Positions 10,636-21,395 are shown, numbered from the stretch's first letter. The stretch is 64,000 bases of DNA from an uncultured Candidatus Saccharibacteria bacterium (GCA_964360065.1 CAYHTW010000003.1:44853-108852); one strand, 5' to 3'. A program made the numbers and translations. The notes: generated by a model not told the origin, from the letters alone.

Positions 10636-11406
10636 TTAATTATTTGCGACTTTTGAAGATTTTATCTTATACGCGTCCCGCCACAGCCAAAGTCTCACCT
10701 TCATTGTCTCGGCAAGAACCTTGATGTAGGCCGACAATTTCACTTGAGATCTTAAATCATTTACCCAAACCACTGGTATCTCTTTTGTTCGGCAACCTAA
10801 CGCTTTAGAAAGTGTTAGTATCTCTACATCAAACCCCCAGCCATTGATTCTTTGGAGTGGGAAAACTTTTTTGGCGGCAGCTCCTGTGAAACACTTAAAA
10901 CCACACTGAGTGTCCCAAATGCCAGGTAAAAGCAAAACTTGAATGAAAATATTACCGGCGTTCCCCAAGATTCTTTTGTAAAAAGGTTGGGCCGGATGCA
11001 GTTCGGCGCCCTTCACGTCTCTAGAACCTATCACCACGTCGTATCCCTCTCGGAAGTATGGAATCATGTTCTCAAATTGATCCACCGTAGTGGAGTTATC
11101 TGCATCCATAAAAAGCCTGTAGTCGCCCCTGGCTTCAAGCATACCTTGTTTGACTACCCCTCCTTTACCTTTATTTTTTTCGTTATCTACCAAACGCAAA
11201 TTTTTAACTATATGAGAGAAACGCCTCACCATCTCCGCGGTTCCATCAGTAGAACCATCGTTAATGACTAGGATTTCATAAGAATATTTAACCCGTGCGA
11301 GTTTGGAATCTATATCTATCAAAGTTTCCGGCAGTCTCTTGACCTCATTATAAGCCGGAATAATTACCGAGAGATAAGGATTTTTAGTCATTTTGGTCTT
11401 TTCCAT
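10636..11406 (-). CDS. GT2 dolichyl-phosphate beta-glucosyltransferase-like protein
   Basis: SVIIPAYNE, DGSTD, FMDAD, DTQCGFK, WGFDVE. Confidence 0.88.
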   Translation of the reverse strand: MEKTKMTKNPYLSVIIPAYNEVKRLPETLIDIDSKLARVKYSYEILVINDGSTDGTAEMVRRFSHIVKNLRLVDNEKNKGKGGVVKQGMLEARGDYRLFMDADNSTTVDQFENMIPYFREGYDVVIGSRDVKGAELHPAQPFYKRILGNAGNIFIQVLLLPGIWDTQCGFKCFTGAAAKKVFPLQRINGWGFDVEILTLSKALGCRTKEIPVVWVNDLRSQVKLSAYIKVLAETMKVRLWLWRDAYKIKSSKVANN

Positions 11407-11797
11407 TATAAATCAGTTTCTGGAATGTAGCCACGGTGAAGGCGCCAATGATGTCAAAGAAAAGATCTCCCATGGTGTCGGCCACACCCTGCTGAGCTGG
11501 TCTCAAGCCGTTGCCAATAGCAACTAATCCGTAAGTAAACTCGGTAAATTCCCAGACCACTCCCATTAAGGCTCCGAAACTTACTATTAAAAGCGCTCTG
11601 GCCCAAAAGTTGCTGGGCAACTTAAACTGTTGAGGATACATCTCAACAAGCCAGAGAAAAACTAAACCTACCAAAACACCTCCCGAAAAATGCATGGGGA
11701 TATCTACCCAACGAATCTTCCAATAAAGAGAATAAAAAACTGCCGTGAAGTGAACACCAAATAAAACTAAACCTAGCGAGATTACCTTTTTCGCCAT
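11384..11797 (-). CDS. Small integral membrane protein (DUF2238/VanZ-like)
   Basis: DIPMHFSGG, WEFTEF and DTMGDL motifs; four hydrophobic segments. Confidence 0.7.
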   Translation of the reverse strand: MAKKVISLGLVLFGVHFTAVFYSLYWKIRWVDIPMHFSGGVLVGLVFLWLVEMYPQQFKLPSNFWARALLIVSFGALMGVVWEFTEFTYGLVAIGNGLRPAQQGVADTMGDLFFDIIGAFTVATFQKLIYNGKDQND

Positions 11798-12204
11798 TGC
11801 TGACCTCTCCTCGCTTTCCTTAAGCCGTACTTCTTTCTTTCCACGGCTCTCGCGTCACGAGTTAAATAACCCATGACTCTCATCTCTTTCTTTAAATCCG
11901 GCAACCACTTAACGATGGCTCGGGCGAGTCCTAACCGTACGGCTTCGGCCTGGCCTTTAACGCCGCCTCCCGTAACTTTAACTTCTGCTTTTTTGATTGA
12001 TTTCAGCTCTCCCCCAAGAGCCTTGAGGGGCGCAAAAGCGCTGACCTGGCATCTTATTGTCTGGAAGTAATTCTCATAAGGTTTGCCGTTAACAATTAAA
12101 ACTCCATTACCAACTGGTCCTTCATTAAAAATCCTAACTCTAGCCGAAGCAGTTTTCCTGCGACCAACACTTTCAAAATATTTATATTTCTTGCCTTTTT
12201 CCAT
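11782..12204 (-). CDS. rpsI: 30S ribosomal protein S9
   Basis: GRRKTASARV, GGGVKGQAEA, ERKKYGLRKAR. Confidence 0.97.
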   Translation of the reverse strand: MEKGKKYKYFESVGRRKTASARVRIFNEGPVGNGVLIVNGKPYENYFQTIRCQVSAFAPLKALGGELKSIKKAEVKVTGGGVKGQAEAVRLGLARAIVKWLPDLKKEMRVMGYLTRDARAVERKKYGLRKARRGQQWRKR

Positions 12205-12205
12205 A

Positions 12206-12550
12206 TTATTTTTCCACTATCAACATCTTCAATCTATTTGGCAAAAGTTTATTCTTGGGCAACATGCCTTTAACGGCGTGCTTCAAAACCCATTCTGCGT
12301 TTCGGGCTACGGCCTGCTCCAAAGTCCTGCTCTTTAGGTGACCCATATAGCCAGTGTGTCGGTGATACATCTTATCGGTAAGTTTCTTTCCAGTGAACTT
12401 AACCTCTTTAAAATTCTTCACCAACACCTTAACGCCACCAGGTTTATTGGGCTGGTAAGAAGAAGTATGCTTGCCCTGCAATATCTGGGCGGCAAGACTT
12501 GCAATTCTTCCAATACTCTTATTTTTAGCGTCTATGATAATTTCGTTCAT
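12206..12550 (-). CDS. rplM: 50S ribosomal protein L13 (short form)
   Basis: IDAKNKSIGRIAS, HTGYMG, AVKGMLPKN; 114 aa. Confidence 0.95.
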   Translation of the reverse strand: MNEIIIDAKNKSIGRIASLAAQILQGKHTSSYQPNKPGGVKVLVKNFKEVKFTGKKLTDKMYHRHTGYMGHLKSRTLEQAVARNAEWVLKHAVKGMLPKNKLLPNRLKMLIVEK

Positions 12551-12551
12551 G

Positions 12552-12905
12552 TTACTTTACAAATTCTATAATAGCTACCGGAGCGGCATCTCTCTTCCTT
12601 CTATGAGCTGTCTTAATAATCCTAATATAACCTCCTTTCCTGCTTTGATATTTCGGCGATATTTCGTAATACAGCTTATTAGCTGACTTCTCTGGAAGTC
12701 TGGCAAGTAGAAGTCGAAGTGATGCTAAGTCCTGCTTTTTAGCTAGTGTGAGCAACTTCTCTGTCTTAGGTCTTATTTCTTTGGCTCTGGCTTCGGTTGT
12801 CTTAATAGACTCCTTCATTACAAGATTATGAATCAAGCCGGAGATAAAACTTTTTCTCCTGCCCCTGATCCTGCCAAATTTTCTACCTTTAACACCGTGC
12901 CTCAT
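12552..12905 (-). CDS. rplQ: 50S ribosomal protein L17
   Basis: MRHG, IKTTEARAKE, GGYIRIIK. Confidence 0.97.
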   Translation of the reverse strand: MRHGVKGRKFGRIRGRRKSFISGLIHNLVMKESIKTTEARAKEIRPKTEKLLTLAKKQDLASLRLLLARLPEKSANKLYYEISPKYQSRKGGYIRIIKTAHRRKRDAAPVAIIEFVK

Positions 12906-12915
12906 AGTTTCTGTA

Positions 12916-13683
12916 TTACTCTACGATTTCTTTTTCTTTCTTCACCTTCTTTTTAGGCTTAACTTCAGTCACGGCTCCAGCATCTTCCTTAATATCAATA
13001 TCAGCAATACGTTTGAAGTGGTCCAGAAGAATGTCAGCTGCTTTGTGAACTGCCCTGGATGGAGAAATAGTTCCGTCTGTTTCTACTTCAAGGATAACTT
13101 TGTTGTAGTCAGTTTTATCTCCTACGCGCATATTTTCTACGGTAAAGTTAACGGCCATAACTGGTGAGAAAATGGCGTCCAAGGCCATGGTACCAATCGG
13201 AAGCTTTTCTATTTTCTGGTTTTCTACTGGCACATAACCCAACCCTTTCTCTACGGTTATTTCTACGTCAATCTCGGCATCTTTAGAACTTAAAGTAGCG
13301 ATACGCAATTCTGGGTTAGCCACTTTCACATCGGCGTTGCCCTTAATGTCGGCAGCGGTAACTTCTTTTTCTCCCTTGATCTTCAGGCTCAAAATCTGAG
13401 GCTCATCGGCGTAAAAGTTAAACCTAACTCTCTTCAGGTTAAGGCCGAACTCTACCACATCTTCCACTACTCCGGGAATGGTAGTAAATTCATGTTTCAC
13501 TCCCTTAATTTTAAATCTGGTAATAGCGGCTCCGGGAAGAGACGAAAGAAGAACTCTACGGATAGCGTTGCCTACAGTTAAACCATAACCCCTGTAAAGA
13601 CCTTCAATGGCAAAAACTCCTTTTTTGCCGTCCTCGGAAACTCTCTTAACTGATACGCTTTCACTTAAATAGGCGAATTGCAT
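12916..13683 (-). CDS. rpoA: RNA polymerase alpha subunit (NTD only, no alphaCTD)
   Basis: GYGLTVGNAIRRVLLSSLPG, DAIFSPV, ETDGTISP; ends at 255 aa. Confidence 0.96.
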   Translation of the reverse strand: MQFAYLSESVSVKRVSEDGKKGVFAIEGLYRGYGLTVGNAIRRVLLSSLPGAAITRFKIKGVKHEFTTIPGVVEDVVEFGLNLKRVRFNFYADEPQILSLKIKGEKEVTAADIKGNADVKVANPELRIATLSSKDAEIDVEITVEKGLGYVPVENQKIEKLPIGTMALDAIFSPVMAVNFTVENMRVGDKTDYNKVILEVETDGTISPSRAVHKAADILLDHFKRIADIDIKEDAGAVTEVKPKKKVKKEKEIVE

Positions 13684-13698
13684 TAGTTTATTTTATTT

Positions 13699-14313
13699 TT
13701 ATGAATAGTAGTCGACGACTATGTTTATATCAAATACCTGTGGCACATCTGCGGGCTTAGCCAAAACCTCAGCCGAGAGAGTCATGGGATCCAACTTAAG
13801 CCAAGTTGGAACCTCAAATCCTTTCAATTTCTCGGGTAAATCCTTGAGGGTGCCGTGATTCCTGGATTGCTCCCTGACCGCAATCTTATCTCCGACCCTA
13901 ACCCTTAATGAAGGAATAGTGACTCTCCTGCCGTTAACAGTAATGTGGCCGTGGCCTACAATCTGCTTGGATGAGCTTCTGGAAGGCGCAAAGCCAAGCC
14001 TGTAAATAACGTTATCCAAACGGGATTCTAAAATACCCAATACTTCCTCGGAAGTTACTCCTGGTTTCCTGAAAGATTCCACGAAAACTTTAGCCAACTG
14101 CCTCTCGGTTAGGCCATAAGAGAACTTTAATTTCTGTTTCTCGCGAAGCTGGATGCCGAACTCGGAAACCTTCCTTCTTCCTCTTGTCTTACCGTGCTGC
14201 CCTGGCCTGTATGGCTTTCTTAAAAGTGCGCTCTTCGGTGAATTAGCGCGGTCTCCCTTGATAGAAAGCTTCACGCCTAAACTCCTCTCCTTTTTCTCTA
14301 AGATTTTTTGCAT
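13699..14313 (-). CDS. rpsD: 30S ribosomal protein S4
   Basis: PGQHG, QLREKQK, LESRLDNVIYRLGFA. Confidence 0.97.
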   Translation of the reverse strand: MQKILEKKERSLGVKLSIKGDRANSPKSALLRKPYRPGQHGKTRGRRKVSEFGIQLREKQKLKFSYGLTERQLAKVFVESFRKPGVTSEEVLGILESRLDNVIYRLGFAPSRSSSKQIVGHGHITVNGRRVTIPSLRVRVGDKIAVREQSRNHGTLKDLPEKLKGFEVPTWLKLDPMTLSAEVLAKPADVPQVFDINIVVDYYS

Positions 14314-14334
14314 GCCAATTTTGTTTAAATTTTT

Positions 14335-14477
14335 AAATTTATTTGTAGCGATGGAAATTTAATCACAAAATTGAGCACCGAGCACTCAGTACCAACCAAT
14401 TGATATTGATTATTTATTTTTTGATTGATCATTATTTTCATAGTTTTATTCTGTAATTTATATGCTGAGTGCTCGGT
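14335..14477. repeat. Long-hairpin intergenic element, copy A (rpsK-rpsD)
   Basis: Arms ACCGAGCACTCAGTA (14377-14391) and TGCTGAGTGCTCGGT (14463-14477); 21-mer TGAGCACCGAGCACTCAGTAC identical to 52603-52623. Confidence 0.8.
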
Positions 14478-14493
14478 AAGGGTTACCAAACCC

Positions 14494-14931
14494 TTATATT
14501 CTTCTGGATTTTGGAGGCTTAGGACCGTTGTGCGGAATCGGGGTTACGTCCCTGATGGATAAAATATTAAATCCAGAATTAGCCAAAGACCTAATAGCTG
14601 AATCCCTGCCTGAACCCACACCTGAAACAATAACCTCAATATCAACTGGGCCGGTCTTAGCTACCTTCTCACTTATGGCCGCTATTATTTTAGAGGCTGC
14701 GAAAGGAGTGGCTTTCTTAGGACCGGAGAAACCGAGAGAACCAGCAGTGGCCCAGGCTAAAACACCTCCCCTATCGTCTGTAATTGTAATTATGGTGTTG
14801 TTGTAAGAGGCTTTAATATAAACCCTACCGGAGCTTACTTTCCTACCTTCTTTCTTAGGGGCGACTACCTTAACAGTCTCTGTTCCCTTCTCCGCTTCCG
14901 CGGTCTTATTGGTAACTTTCTTCTGCCCCAT
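14494..14931 (-). CDS. rpsK: 30S ribosomal protein S11
   Basis: ASYNNTIITITD, KKATPFAA, DVTPIPHNG. Confidence 0.97.
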   Translation of the reverse strand: MGQKKVTNKTAEAEKGTETVKVVAPKKEGRKVSSGRVYIKASYNNTIITITDDRGGVLAWATAGSLGFSGPKKATPFAASKIIAAISEKVAKTGPVDIEVIVSGVGSGRDSAIRSLANSGFNILSIRDVTPIPHNGPKPPKSRRI

Positions 14932-14932
14932 G

Positions 14933-15316
14933 TTATTTCAAATCAACTTTTCTCTTACCGCTTCCGGCAGTATGCCTGACATTACCTCTAACAGTTCTGG
15001 AATTAGTCTTGGTCCTTTGGCCCCTAACTGGCAATCTCTTCATGTGCCTAATACCCCTGTAAGCTTTGATTTCCTTTAATCTCCCAATATTCGTCTTTAA
15101 AACTTGTCTCAATTCTCCCTCTATTTTATAAGTCTTTTCTAATTCGTTTTTAATACGGTCAACCTCTTCGGGTTTCAATCCCTTAGCGCGCTTGGTCGGG
15201 TTTATCTTGGTAACCACACAAATTCTCTGGGCTGATGTCGTACCGATTCCATATACATAAGTAAGCGCTATATCAATGCGCTTCTCATCTGGTATGTTAA
15301 CTCCTACTAATCTCAT
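14933..15316 (-). CDS. rpsM: 30S ribosomal protein S13
   Basis: [20 protein letters not shown]. Confidence 0.97.
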   Translation of the reverse strand: MRLVGVNIPDEKRIDIALTYVYGIGTTSAQRICVVTKINPTKRAKGLKPEEVDRIKNELEKTYKIEGELRQVLKTNIGRLKEIKAYRGIRHMKRLPVRGQRTKTNSRTVRGNVRHTAGSGKRKVDLK

Positions 15317-15429
15317 TATCCTTGTCTTTGTTTATGCTTCGAATTTTTACACACTACATAAATCCGCCCCTTTCTTCGGACGGTTTTACAACTATCGCAA
15401 ATCTTTTTTACAGAGGCTCTAACCTTCAT
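15316..15429 (-). CDS. rpmJ: 50S ribosomal protein L36
   Basis: Hand translation [37 protein letters not shown] (37 aa, below the ORF-track cutoff). Confidence 0.97.
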   Translation of the reverse strand: MKVRASVKKICDSCKTVRRKGRIYVVCKNSKHKQRQG

Positions 15430-15433
15430 TATT

Positions 15434-15634
15434 TTATAACCGTCTTATAATCCTGCCTCGCTTTTCGTCATACTCGCTGAACTCCACGATAACTTTATCT
15501 CCAACCAAAATCTTGATGCGATACATCCTAATCTTTCCAGAGATATAAGCTAAAACTTCCCGGTCATTATCCAGTTTGACTCTAAAAGTAGCTCCAGGAA
15601 GGGCTTCTAAGACAATTCCGTTTATCTTTTCCAA
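15434..15634 (-). CDS. infA: Translation initiation factor IF-1
   Basis: [27 protein letters not shown]; TTG start. Confidence 0.95.
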   Translation of the reverse strand: MEKINGIVLEALPGATFRVKLDNDREVLAYISGKIRMYRIKILVGDKVIVEFSEYDEKRGRIIRRL

Positions 15635-15648
15635 CGGAGGCTATATTA

Positions 15649-17277
15649 TCACGGAACGTAACTAACGTCAACGACTATTTTAGAAGTGTCGGTGGGTGAT
15701 CGGAACACCCAGATCGGCCAGAAAGACACTTCCCCAGAAACAAAGCCAGGCAAGCCATAGATAGTACTTGTAATGTCAGTTTTACCTTTGCCAGCCACTT
15801 TGTTTTTAAAATCATTCCTATCAAACGATCTTACCCAGTTGGACTTAAAGTTTAGGTTAAAGCTCATAGTCCCGTTTTTGAGATTCAAAACAGGGTCGCC
15901 ATAACCAGCGTCGGACTGCTGTAACGAATAATCGTGAAGTACCAAATCAACGTCAGATTGGGCCGCAACTTGGCTTGCAAAAGCCACGAGTAAGTCGCTT
16001 TCTTTAAATCCAAAAGTTTTAAGTTCTCCGGACATTAGGATGGTGAACTTACCGTCGGCACCCGCTTCTTTACTAACAGTCTCACTAACCACTCGGAAAT
16101 TGTAAGCCTTGGGCAACATCTTAACGCCGTCTGGCACTTTAACGAATGTCTGCCCTCTTAAGTTACTCTCTAAAGTACTTTTAATATCCGATTCGGCTTT
16201 AGCTATATCATCTTTGGTTGGGACTTTGATATCTCCGACTATTCCGCCCGCCATGGGAGTAGTAGAAATTCCATAAAAAGCATCGTACTTAGGAGTACCT
16301 TGGAAACCAGAAATTCTGAATTTTGAAGTAGGAGCTATATTATAATCTGATCCTGTCTTCTCGGCTGTCACGGCCACATTTATTTGTGAACCGGAAATCT
16401 TGCCGTCAACAATTTTAGCTCCAGGAATGGTTATTTTTGTGTTAATTTTAAAAATCTTACCGTCCGGAGCAGAAAATCTAGTGCCAACTACGAGCGCCTG
16501 CGCCTCGGAACTATACTCGTTGTAAACTGTTATTGTTCCGACGGCTTTACGCTCCACACGCTTACTGCCAGAGGCTGGATAGGAAACCTGTAAGTTGCCT
16601 GGGTTAGTGAAAACTTGGCCAGGTAACTGAATGGAACTTTCCTGCACCGCCACACTGCTCCTGGACGCGGAAACAGTAACCATACCGTTAAAATCCCACG
16701 GAGTTTTCTTAAAAGTCAGATTAATGTCTGCTTTGGGCAAAACAAAGAAGGCTAGCCAACCGAAAAAAATTACTACAGAAATAAGTGCTAACCACCTGAT
16801 AATTCTTGTAAGTAACGTTGCCACTACCCTCGGTTTCTCTTCTGCTTTTGGTTCAGTCCCCCAAAGTCCAGAAGCCCCCTGCTTAGAAGTTAATGCGTAA
16901 CCCGAGACTCTAGTTTTTTCTTTATGCTCTATATTAGTTTCTGGTTCAGATTCTTCTTCTTTGTCTTCTTTAAGTTTTACTGTCCCCGGTTCTTTGACAA
17001 TAATATCCGCCACCAACTTCTTTCTGCCAAAAAATGGATTCAAAGCCTTCATATCAAAAGCCTTGGCCAGTTCCAAAACGTCATCGTCAACCGATTCAAA
17101 GGAAACTGTTTTCCCCGCTGCTTCAGATTCCCTTTTTAAAAGCTTAAAATTATTTCTAATACTAAAAGAGACAGAGCCTCGTGGAACATAAAGAACGATA
17201 TCTTTTTCAGACGCTTTGATTACCTTTTCTATAACTAAAGTTATTGGATCGGTTTTACCGACGTAAATCTTTTTCAT
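15649..17277 (-). CDS. Single-pass membrane protein with baseplate J/gp47-like extracellular region
   Basis: Cytoplasmic N-domain, TM near residues 160-180, then AVGTITVYN...GTRF...VAVTAEKTGSDYNI...MAGG pattern. Confidence 0.65.
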   Translation of the reverse strand: MKKIYVGKTDPITLVIEKVIKASEKDIVLYVPRGSVSFSIRNNFKLLKRESEAAGKTVSFESVDDDVLELAKAFDMKALNPFFGRKKLVADIIVKEPGTVKLKEDKEEESEPETNIEHKEKTRVSGYALTSKQGASGLWGTEPKAEEKPRVVATLLTRIIRWLALISVVIFFGWLAFFVLPKADINLTFKKTPWDFNGMVTVSASRSSVAVQESSIQLPGQVFTNPGNLQVSYPASGSKRVERKAVGTITVYNEYSSEAQALVVGTRFSAPDGKIFKINTKITIPGAKIVDGKISGSQINVAVTAEKTGSDYNIAPTSKFRISGFQGTPKYDAFYGISTTPMAGGIVGDIKVPTKDDIAKAESDIKSTLESNLRGQTFVKVPDGVKMLPKAYNFRVVSETVSKEAGADGKFTILMSGELKTFGFKESDLLVAFASQVAAQSDVDLVLHDYSLQQSDAGYGDPVLNLKNGTMSFNLNFKSNWVRSFDRNDFKNKVAGKGKTDITSTIYGLPGFVSGEVSFWPIWVFRSPTDTSKIVVDVSYVP

Positions 17278-17280
17278 ACT

Positions 17281-18192
17281 TCAAGGCATTAACCACTTGA
17301 TTCTCCTTTTAGCAATACTATTTAACCATTCATAGGAGACGTAGGGAGTATTATACGCCAAATCTTCTATATTTATTCTCTCTTGTAGCAGACAGAGCCT
17401 GGCCCTCCTATTACCTATACAAACCGACTTCTTCCCGATGGCATCCGGTAGTGGGAACTGCATTTTGATATATATCGGAGGTAGTTTTTTTAACTCCCTA
17501 GTAGACACGTCACGGAGGCTAAGCGTTGCCCCATCCATAAATCTCTTAAAAACTTCCGCAAACAGTTTTTCCAACTTCGCCGTCACTGGCTCGGATAGAT
17601 TCCCGGCTAAGAACTTATGGTAGATAGACCAGGCAGCTTCCTCGGGAACAGCAAAGTTATCCCCAAAAATTTTAATAATATCCTGCCTCCCCCAAACAAA
17701 TTCCCTAATATGAGCGGCTCCCCCCGGAGAGACATAGAAGAAGCTAGTTACTTCTTCTCCTGGCTCAACGTAGAGCAGATTGGGGATGTTTAGTTTTCTG
17801 GAAAGGAGATATGCAGCCACGCTCCCAGTCTCCAACATCTCCACACTCTCTTTTTCTTCTGCCGTTCTCTCTCCCGTGACACCTCTTTTCACCATAGTTA
17901 TGCAAAGTGATATTTGCACATTCTTACCGGCAAAGCCATGGGCGCTTATAACTTCGTGCCCATCAACTTTTATTCCTACTACTCTGACTCCCGCAAGTAC
18001 CAAGTCGGCCTCCTCTACATTCAATCGTCCGGCAGCGAGGCTTCTCAAAGCATCGAAAGACTTCCAAACTGCCTTAGAAAGATAGTTTTCTAGATCAGCC
18101 TCATTTATTTCTCCACGAGATTGGTGAGGTAAATCAACCGAATAAAATACGGTAACCGCTGTATTAGAATCAAGTCCGATAACTTTAATCAC
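17281..18192 (-). CDS. Divergent FtsA/actin-fold-like protein
   Basis: IKVDGHEVISAHGFAGKNVQ resembles FtsA IVDGVADIKDPLGMVGARLE (49874-51103); the ATP-binding motif is not evident. Confidence 0.5.
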   Translation of the reverse strand: MIKVIGLDSNTAVTVFYSVDLPHQSRGEINEADLENYLSKAVWKSFDALRSLAAGRLNVEEADLVLAGVRVVGIKVDGHEVISAHGFAGKNVQISLCITMVKRGVTGERTAEEKESVEMLETGSVAAYLLSRKLNIPNLLYVEPGEEVTSFFYVSPGGAAHIREFVWGRQDIIKIFGDNFAVPEEAAWSIYHKFLAGNLSEPVTAKLEKLFAEVFKRFMDGATLSLRDVSTRELKKLPPIYIKMQFPLPDAIGKKSVCIGNRRARLCLLQERINIEDLAYNTPYVSYEWLNSIAKRRIKWLMP

Positions 18193-18261
18193 TAAAAGAA
18201 TTATAAGTCATGAGCACCCCTCTGGTCTAACTTACGGCTGGGCGGTTATAAAAATTTCCGT

Positions 18262-20199
18262 CTACTCTAAAACTGCTTTTATTCTTCTCACGCCTGCCGA
18301 AACTGCCTCTTCTTTCAATATTCTGAAGTGCCCCAGTTCGCCGGTGTTAGTCACGTGAGGCCCTCCGCAGAATTCCTTGCTAAAAATATTGCCTTTATTA
18401 TCTTCAAGAAAATAAACTGAAACCATCTCTCCGTATTTAGCTCCAAACTCCATCTCGGCTCCGATACGCTCCGCTTCTTCCATCCGCATTTCGCGCCTCG
18501 TCATGCTTAAGTGCTCTTTTATTTTTTCATTAACAATGTCTTCAACTTTCTTCAATTCTTCCAGGGTAACTTTCTGCGGATGAGAGAAATCAATACGCAG
18601 CCGTTCGGAAGTGATATTACTGCCCCTCTGCTTAACATTAGAGCCAAAAACCTGTTGTAGGGCAGCTAAGAGCAAGTGGTGGGCAGTATGTAGCCTGATG
18701 GTCTCTCCTTTAGTATCGGCTAGCCCGCCTTTAAACTTCTGTTCCACTCCGGCCTTTGAGATTTCTTGGTGTTTAGCCATCTCTTCCTTAAATCCTTTCA
18801 CATCTAATTCCAAACCACATTCTTTAGCTAATTCCTGAGTCATTTCTAAAGGGAAACCAAATGTCTGATAAAGAAAGAATACCGTATTGCCAGATAATCT
18901 TTTAATGAATTTTTCTGAGGGTTCTCTTTTTTTAGCAACATCTCCAAGGGCAGATGCAATATCTACCATACTTTCAAAGGCTTTTAATCCTCTTTCCAAA
19001 GTCTCCCTAAATCTCTTCTCCTCGGCTAAAGCTTCTTTTAGAATATCTTCTCTTTTTTCATTCAAGTCAGGATAAAAATCTTTATAAACCTCTATAACAT
19101 TATTTATCCCTGTTTTAAGAACACCATCTCCGTTACCCAGCTTATCTATATGTAGAATCGCCCGTCGTAAAAGTCGGCGGACTATATACCCTCTTTCGTT
19201 GCTAGAAGGTATAACTCCATCGGCCATAAGAAATGTGGCGGCACGAAGATGGTCGGCCACGATGCGAAACGATTTTGTGTATAAATTATCTCCATAAGAA
19301 GCATCGCTGCCATTATCGCCCAGAGCGGACTTTATACCAGCGATTATCTGGCCTAAGGTATCAATATTAAAAACATCCGGGTCGCCGTTCGATGCCGCAA
19401 TGATTCTTTCCAAGCCTCCGCCGAAATCCACATTTTTCTGGGGCAGCTTACCGAAAGAACTATCGGCGTTCTTGATATATTCCATAAAGACCGAGTTGCC
19501 TATTTCCATAAATCTGCCGCAATCGCAGTTAGGGTGGCACTCTTTGCCGAACTTCGTGTCGTGGGGTAAGCCAAAATCATAAAAAATCTCCGAGTCCGGT
19601 CCGCCAGGCTCTCCGATGGGCATATTTGCCGGCACGCCGGACCTGCTCCACCAGTTTTTCTTGGCATCATAGGCAAATATCCTGCCGCCTTGCATCCCAA
19701 GTTTGCTTCCATTTTCTTCGCTGCCCAACACGATTTCTTTCGCGTCTATTCCTTTTTCGCCGAACAACCTTTTCCATACTCCTATGGATTCTTCATCTTT
19801 TGGAATCCCGAGTAATTCATCACCGACAAATACCGTGACATACAAACGATTTGGGTCAAGTTTGAGTTCTTCGGTCAAAAACGCGAACACCCATGGCAAT
19901 TGCTCTTGTTTGAAATAATCTCCGAACGACCAGTTGCCCAACATTTCAAAGAAAGTGGTGTGACGATTATCACCCACTTCGTCTATGTCCATTGACCTAA
20001 AACACTTTTGTGAGTCAACCAGCTTCACTCCCATCGGGTGCTTCTCTCCCAATAAGTAAGTTATCAAAGGCTGCATGCCCGAACCGGTAAAAAGAGTGGT
20101 CGGATCATTTTCGGGGATGAGAGAGGCCGAAGGAATAATTTTGTGTCCCTGGCTTGAAAAAAACTTTAGATATTTTTCTCTGACGTCCTTGGAATTCAT
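18262..20199 (-). CDS. alaS: Alanine--tRNA ligase (lacks C-Ala domain)
   Basis: [38 protein letters not shown]; 645 aa. Confidence 0.96.
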   Translation of the reverse strand: MNSKDVREKYLKFFSSQGHKIIPSASLIPENDPTTLFTGSGMQPLITYLLGEKHPMGVKLVDSQKCFRSMDIDEVGDNRHTTFFEMLGNWSFGDYFKQEQLPWVFAFLTEELKLDPNRLYVTVFVGDELLGIPKDEESIGVWKRLFGEKGIDAKEIVLGSEENGSKLGMQGGRIFAYDAKKNWWSRSGVPANMPIGEPGGPDSEIFYDFGLPHDTKFGKECHPNCDCGRFMEIGNSVFMEYIKNADSSFGKLPQKNVDFGGGLERIIAASNGDPDVFNIDTLGQIIAGIKSALGDNGSDASYGDNLYTKSFRIVADHLRAATFLMADGVIPSSNERGYIVRRLLRRAILHIDKLGNGDGVLKTGINNVIEVYKDFYPDLNEKREDILKEALAEEKRFRETLERGLKAFESMVDIASALGDVAKKREPSEKFIKRLSGNTVFFLYQTFGFPLEMTQELAKECGLELDVKGFKEEMAKHQEISKAGVEQKFKGGLADTKGETIRLHTAHHLLLAALQQVFGSNVKQRGSNITSERLRIDFSHPQKVTLEELKKVEDIVNEKIKEHLSMTRREMRMEEAERIGAEMEFGAKYGEMVSVYFLEDNKGNIFSKEFCGGPHVTNTGELGHFRILKEEAVSAGVRRIKAVLE

Positions 20200-21395
20200 T
20201 GATAGCTATCGGTCAGACGATTGACCTCTTCGTGCATTCTTATCTTTTCTAAGGCCTTGGATTCTATCTGCCTGATTCTTTCCCTGGTCACGTTAAAAAC
20301 TTTACCCACTTCTTCTAAGGTGTGGGTAACCCCGTCGGTTAGCCCAAACCTCATTTCCAATATCTTCCGCTCTCTCTCGGTTAAGTCTCCCAAAACTTTT
20401 TTGATCTGGTCTCTTAATAGTTCATGGCTAGTCAACTGTGAGGGAGATAAATTTTTATCGTCAGGAATAAAATCACCTCTAACTGATTTATCATCGTCTC
20501 CGATCGGGGCTTCCAGTGAAACCACGGTCTGCGAAACTTTTTCTATGTACCTGACTTTAGTTATGTCCAAGCCCATCTCAATAGCTACCTCTTCGGTTAA
20601 AGGTTCGCGCCCCAACTCTTGGGACAGTTTTCTCTTGGTCTGGGTGTATTTAGAAATAGTTTCCACCATGTGGACCGGGATTCTGATAGTCCTGGACTGG
20701 TCAGCTAAAGCTCTAGTAATAGCCTGCCTGATCCACCAAGTGGCGTAAGTGGAGAATTTAAAGCCTCTTCTGTAGTCAAACTTTTCTACAGCCCTGAAAA
20801 GACCTATATTGCCTTCCTGAATTAAATCGGAAATGTTTAAAGGGCCTCTGTTGATGTACCTCTTGGCTATAGAAACCACGAGCCTCAAGTTAGAATTAAT
20901 CAGCCTCGTCTTAGCTGCTTTATCTCCAGTCTCGGAGCGTTTGGCTAAGTCCTTCTCCTCCTGAGAAGTTAAAAGGGGGGTTCGGCCGATTTCCCTAAGG
21001 TACATTTGGATGTTATCCGGCACCTCACCTTCTATAATAGTCGCCTGCTCCAACTCTTTCTTACTGATTTCATCCGACGGCATCTGAATCAATGAATCAG
21101 CTTCAACAACTTTAATACCCGCCTGTTCCAAACGGTCATAAACTTCTTCTAAATACGGCAAATCTTTTTCCAGCCTAGGGAAATAGTCCATCATTTCCCA
21201 GCTGGTCACGAAACCTTTCGGCTTGCCTCTCCTAATGAGCTCCTGAAGAATGTCTTCTTTAGTCCCTAATTTTTTATCAGCCTTGGGTCTTTTAGATCCC
21301 TTAAGAGTCTTCCCAGCCTTAACCTTGGCCTTAGACTTAACAACTTTCTTGGCAACTTTAGCTTTTTTAGTTTTAGATTTCCCTTTTTTTGACAT
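20196..21395 (-). CDS. rpoD: Primary sigma-70 factor
   Basis: [37 protein letters not shown]. Confidence 0.95.
   Translation of the reverse strand: MSKKGKSKTKKAKVAKKVVKSKAKVKAGKTLKGSKRPKADKKLGTKEDILQELIRRGKPKGFVTSWEMMDYFPRLEKDLPYLEEVYDRLEQAGIKVVEADSLIQMPSDEISKKELEQATIIEGEVPDNIQMYLREIGRTPLLTSQEEKDLAKRSETGDKAAKTRLINSNLRLVVSIAKRYINRGPLNISDLIQEGNIGLFRAVEKFDYRRGFKFSTYATWWIRQAITRALADQSRTIRIPVHMVETISKYTQTKRKLSQELGREPLTEEVAIEMGLDITKVRYIEKVSQTVVSLEAPIGDDDKSVRGDFIPDDKNLSPSQLTSHELLRDQIKKVLGDLTERERKILEMRFGLTDGVTHTLEEVGKVFNVTRERIRQIESKALEKIRMHEEVNRLTDSYQ

Noticed and set aside
15649-17277. Prophage suggested by the baseplate-J-like protein
   Set aside because: Membrane-anchored and flanked only by housekeeping genes; no capsid, terminase or integrase.
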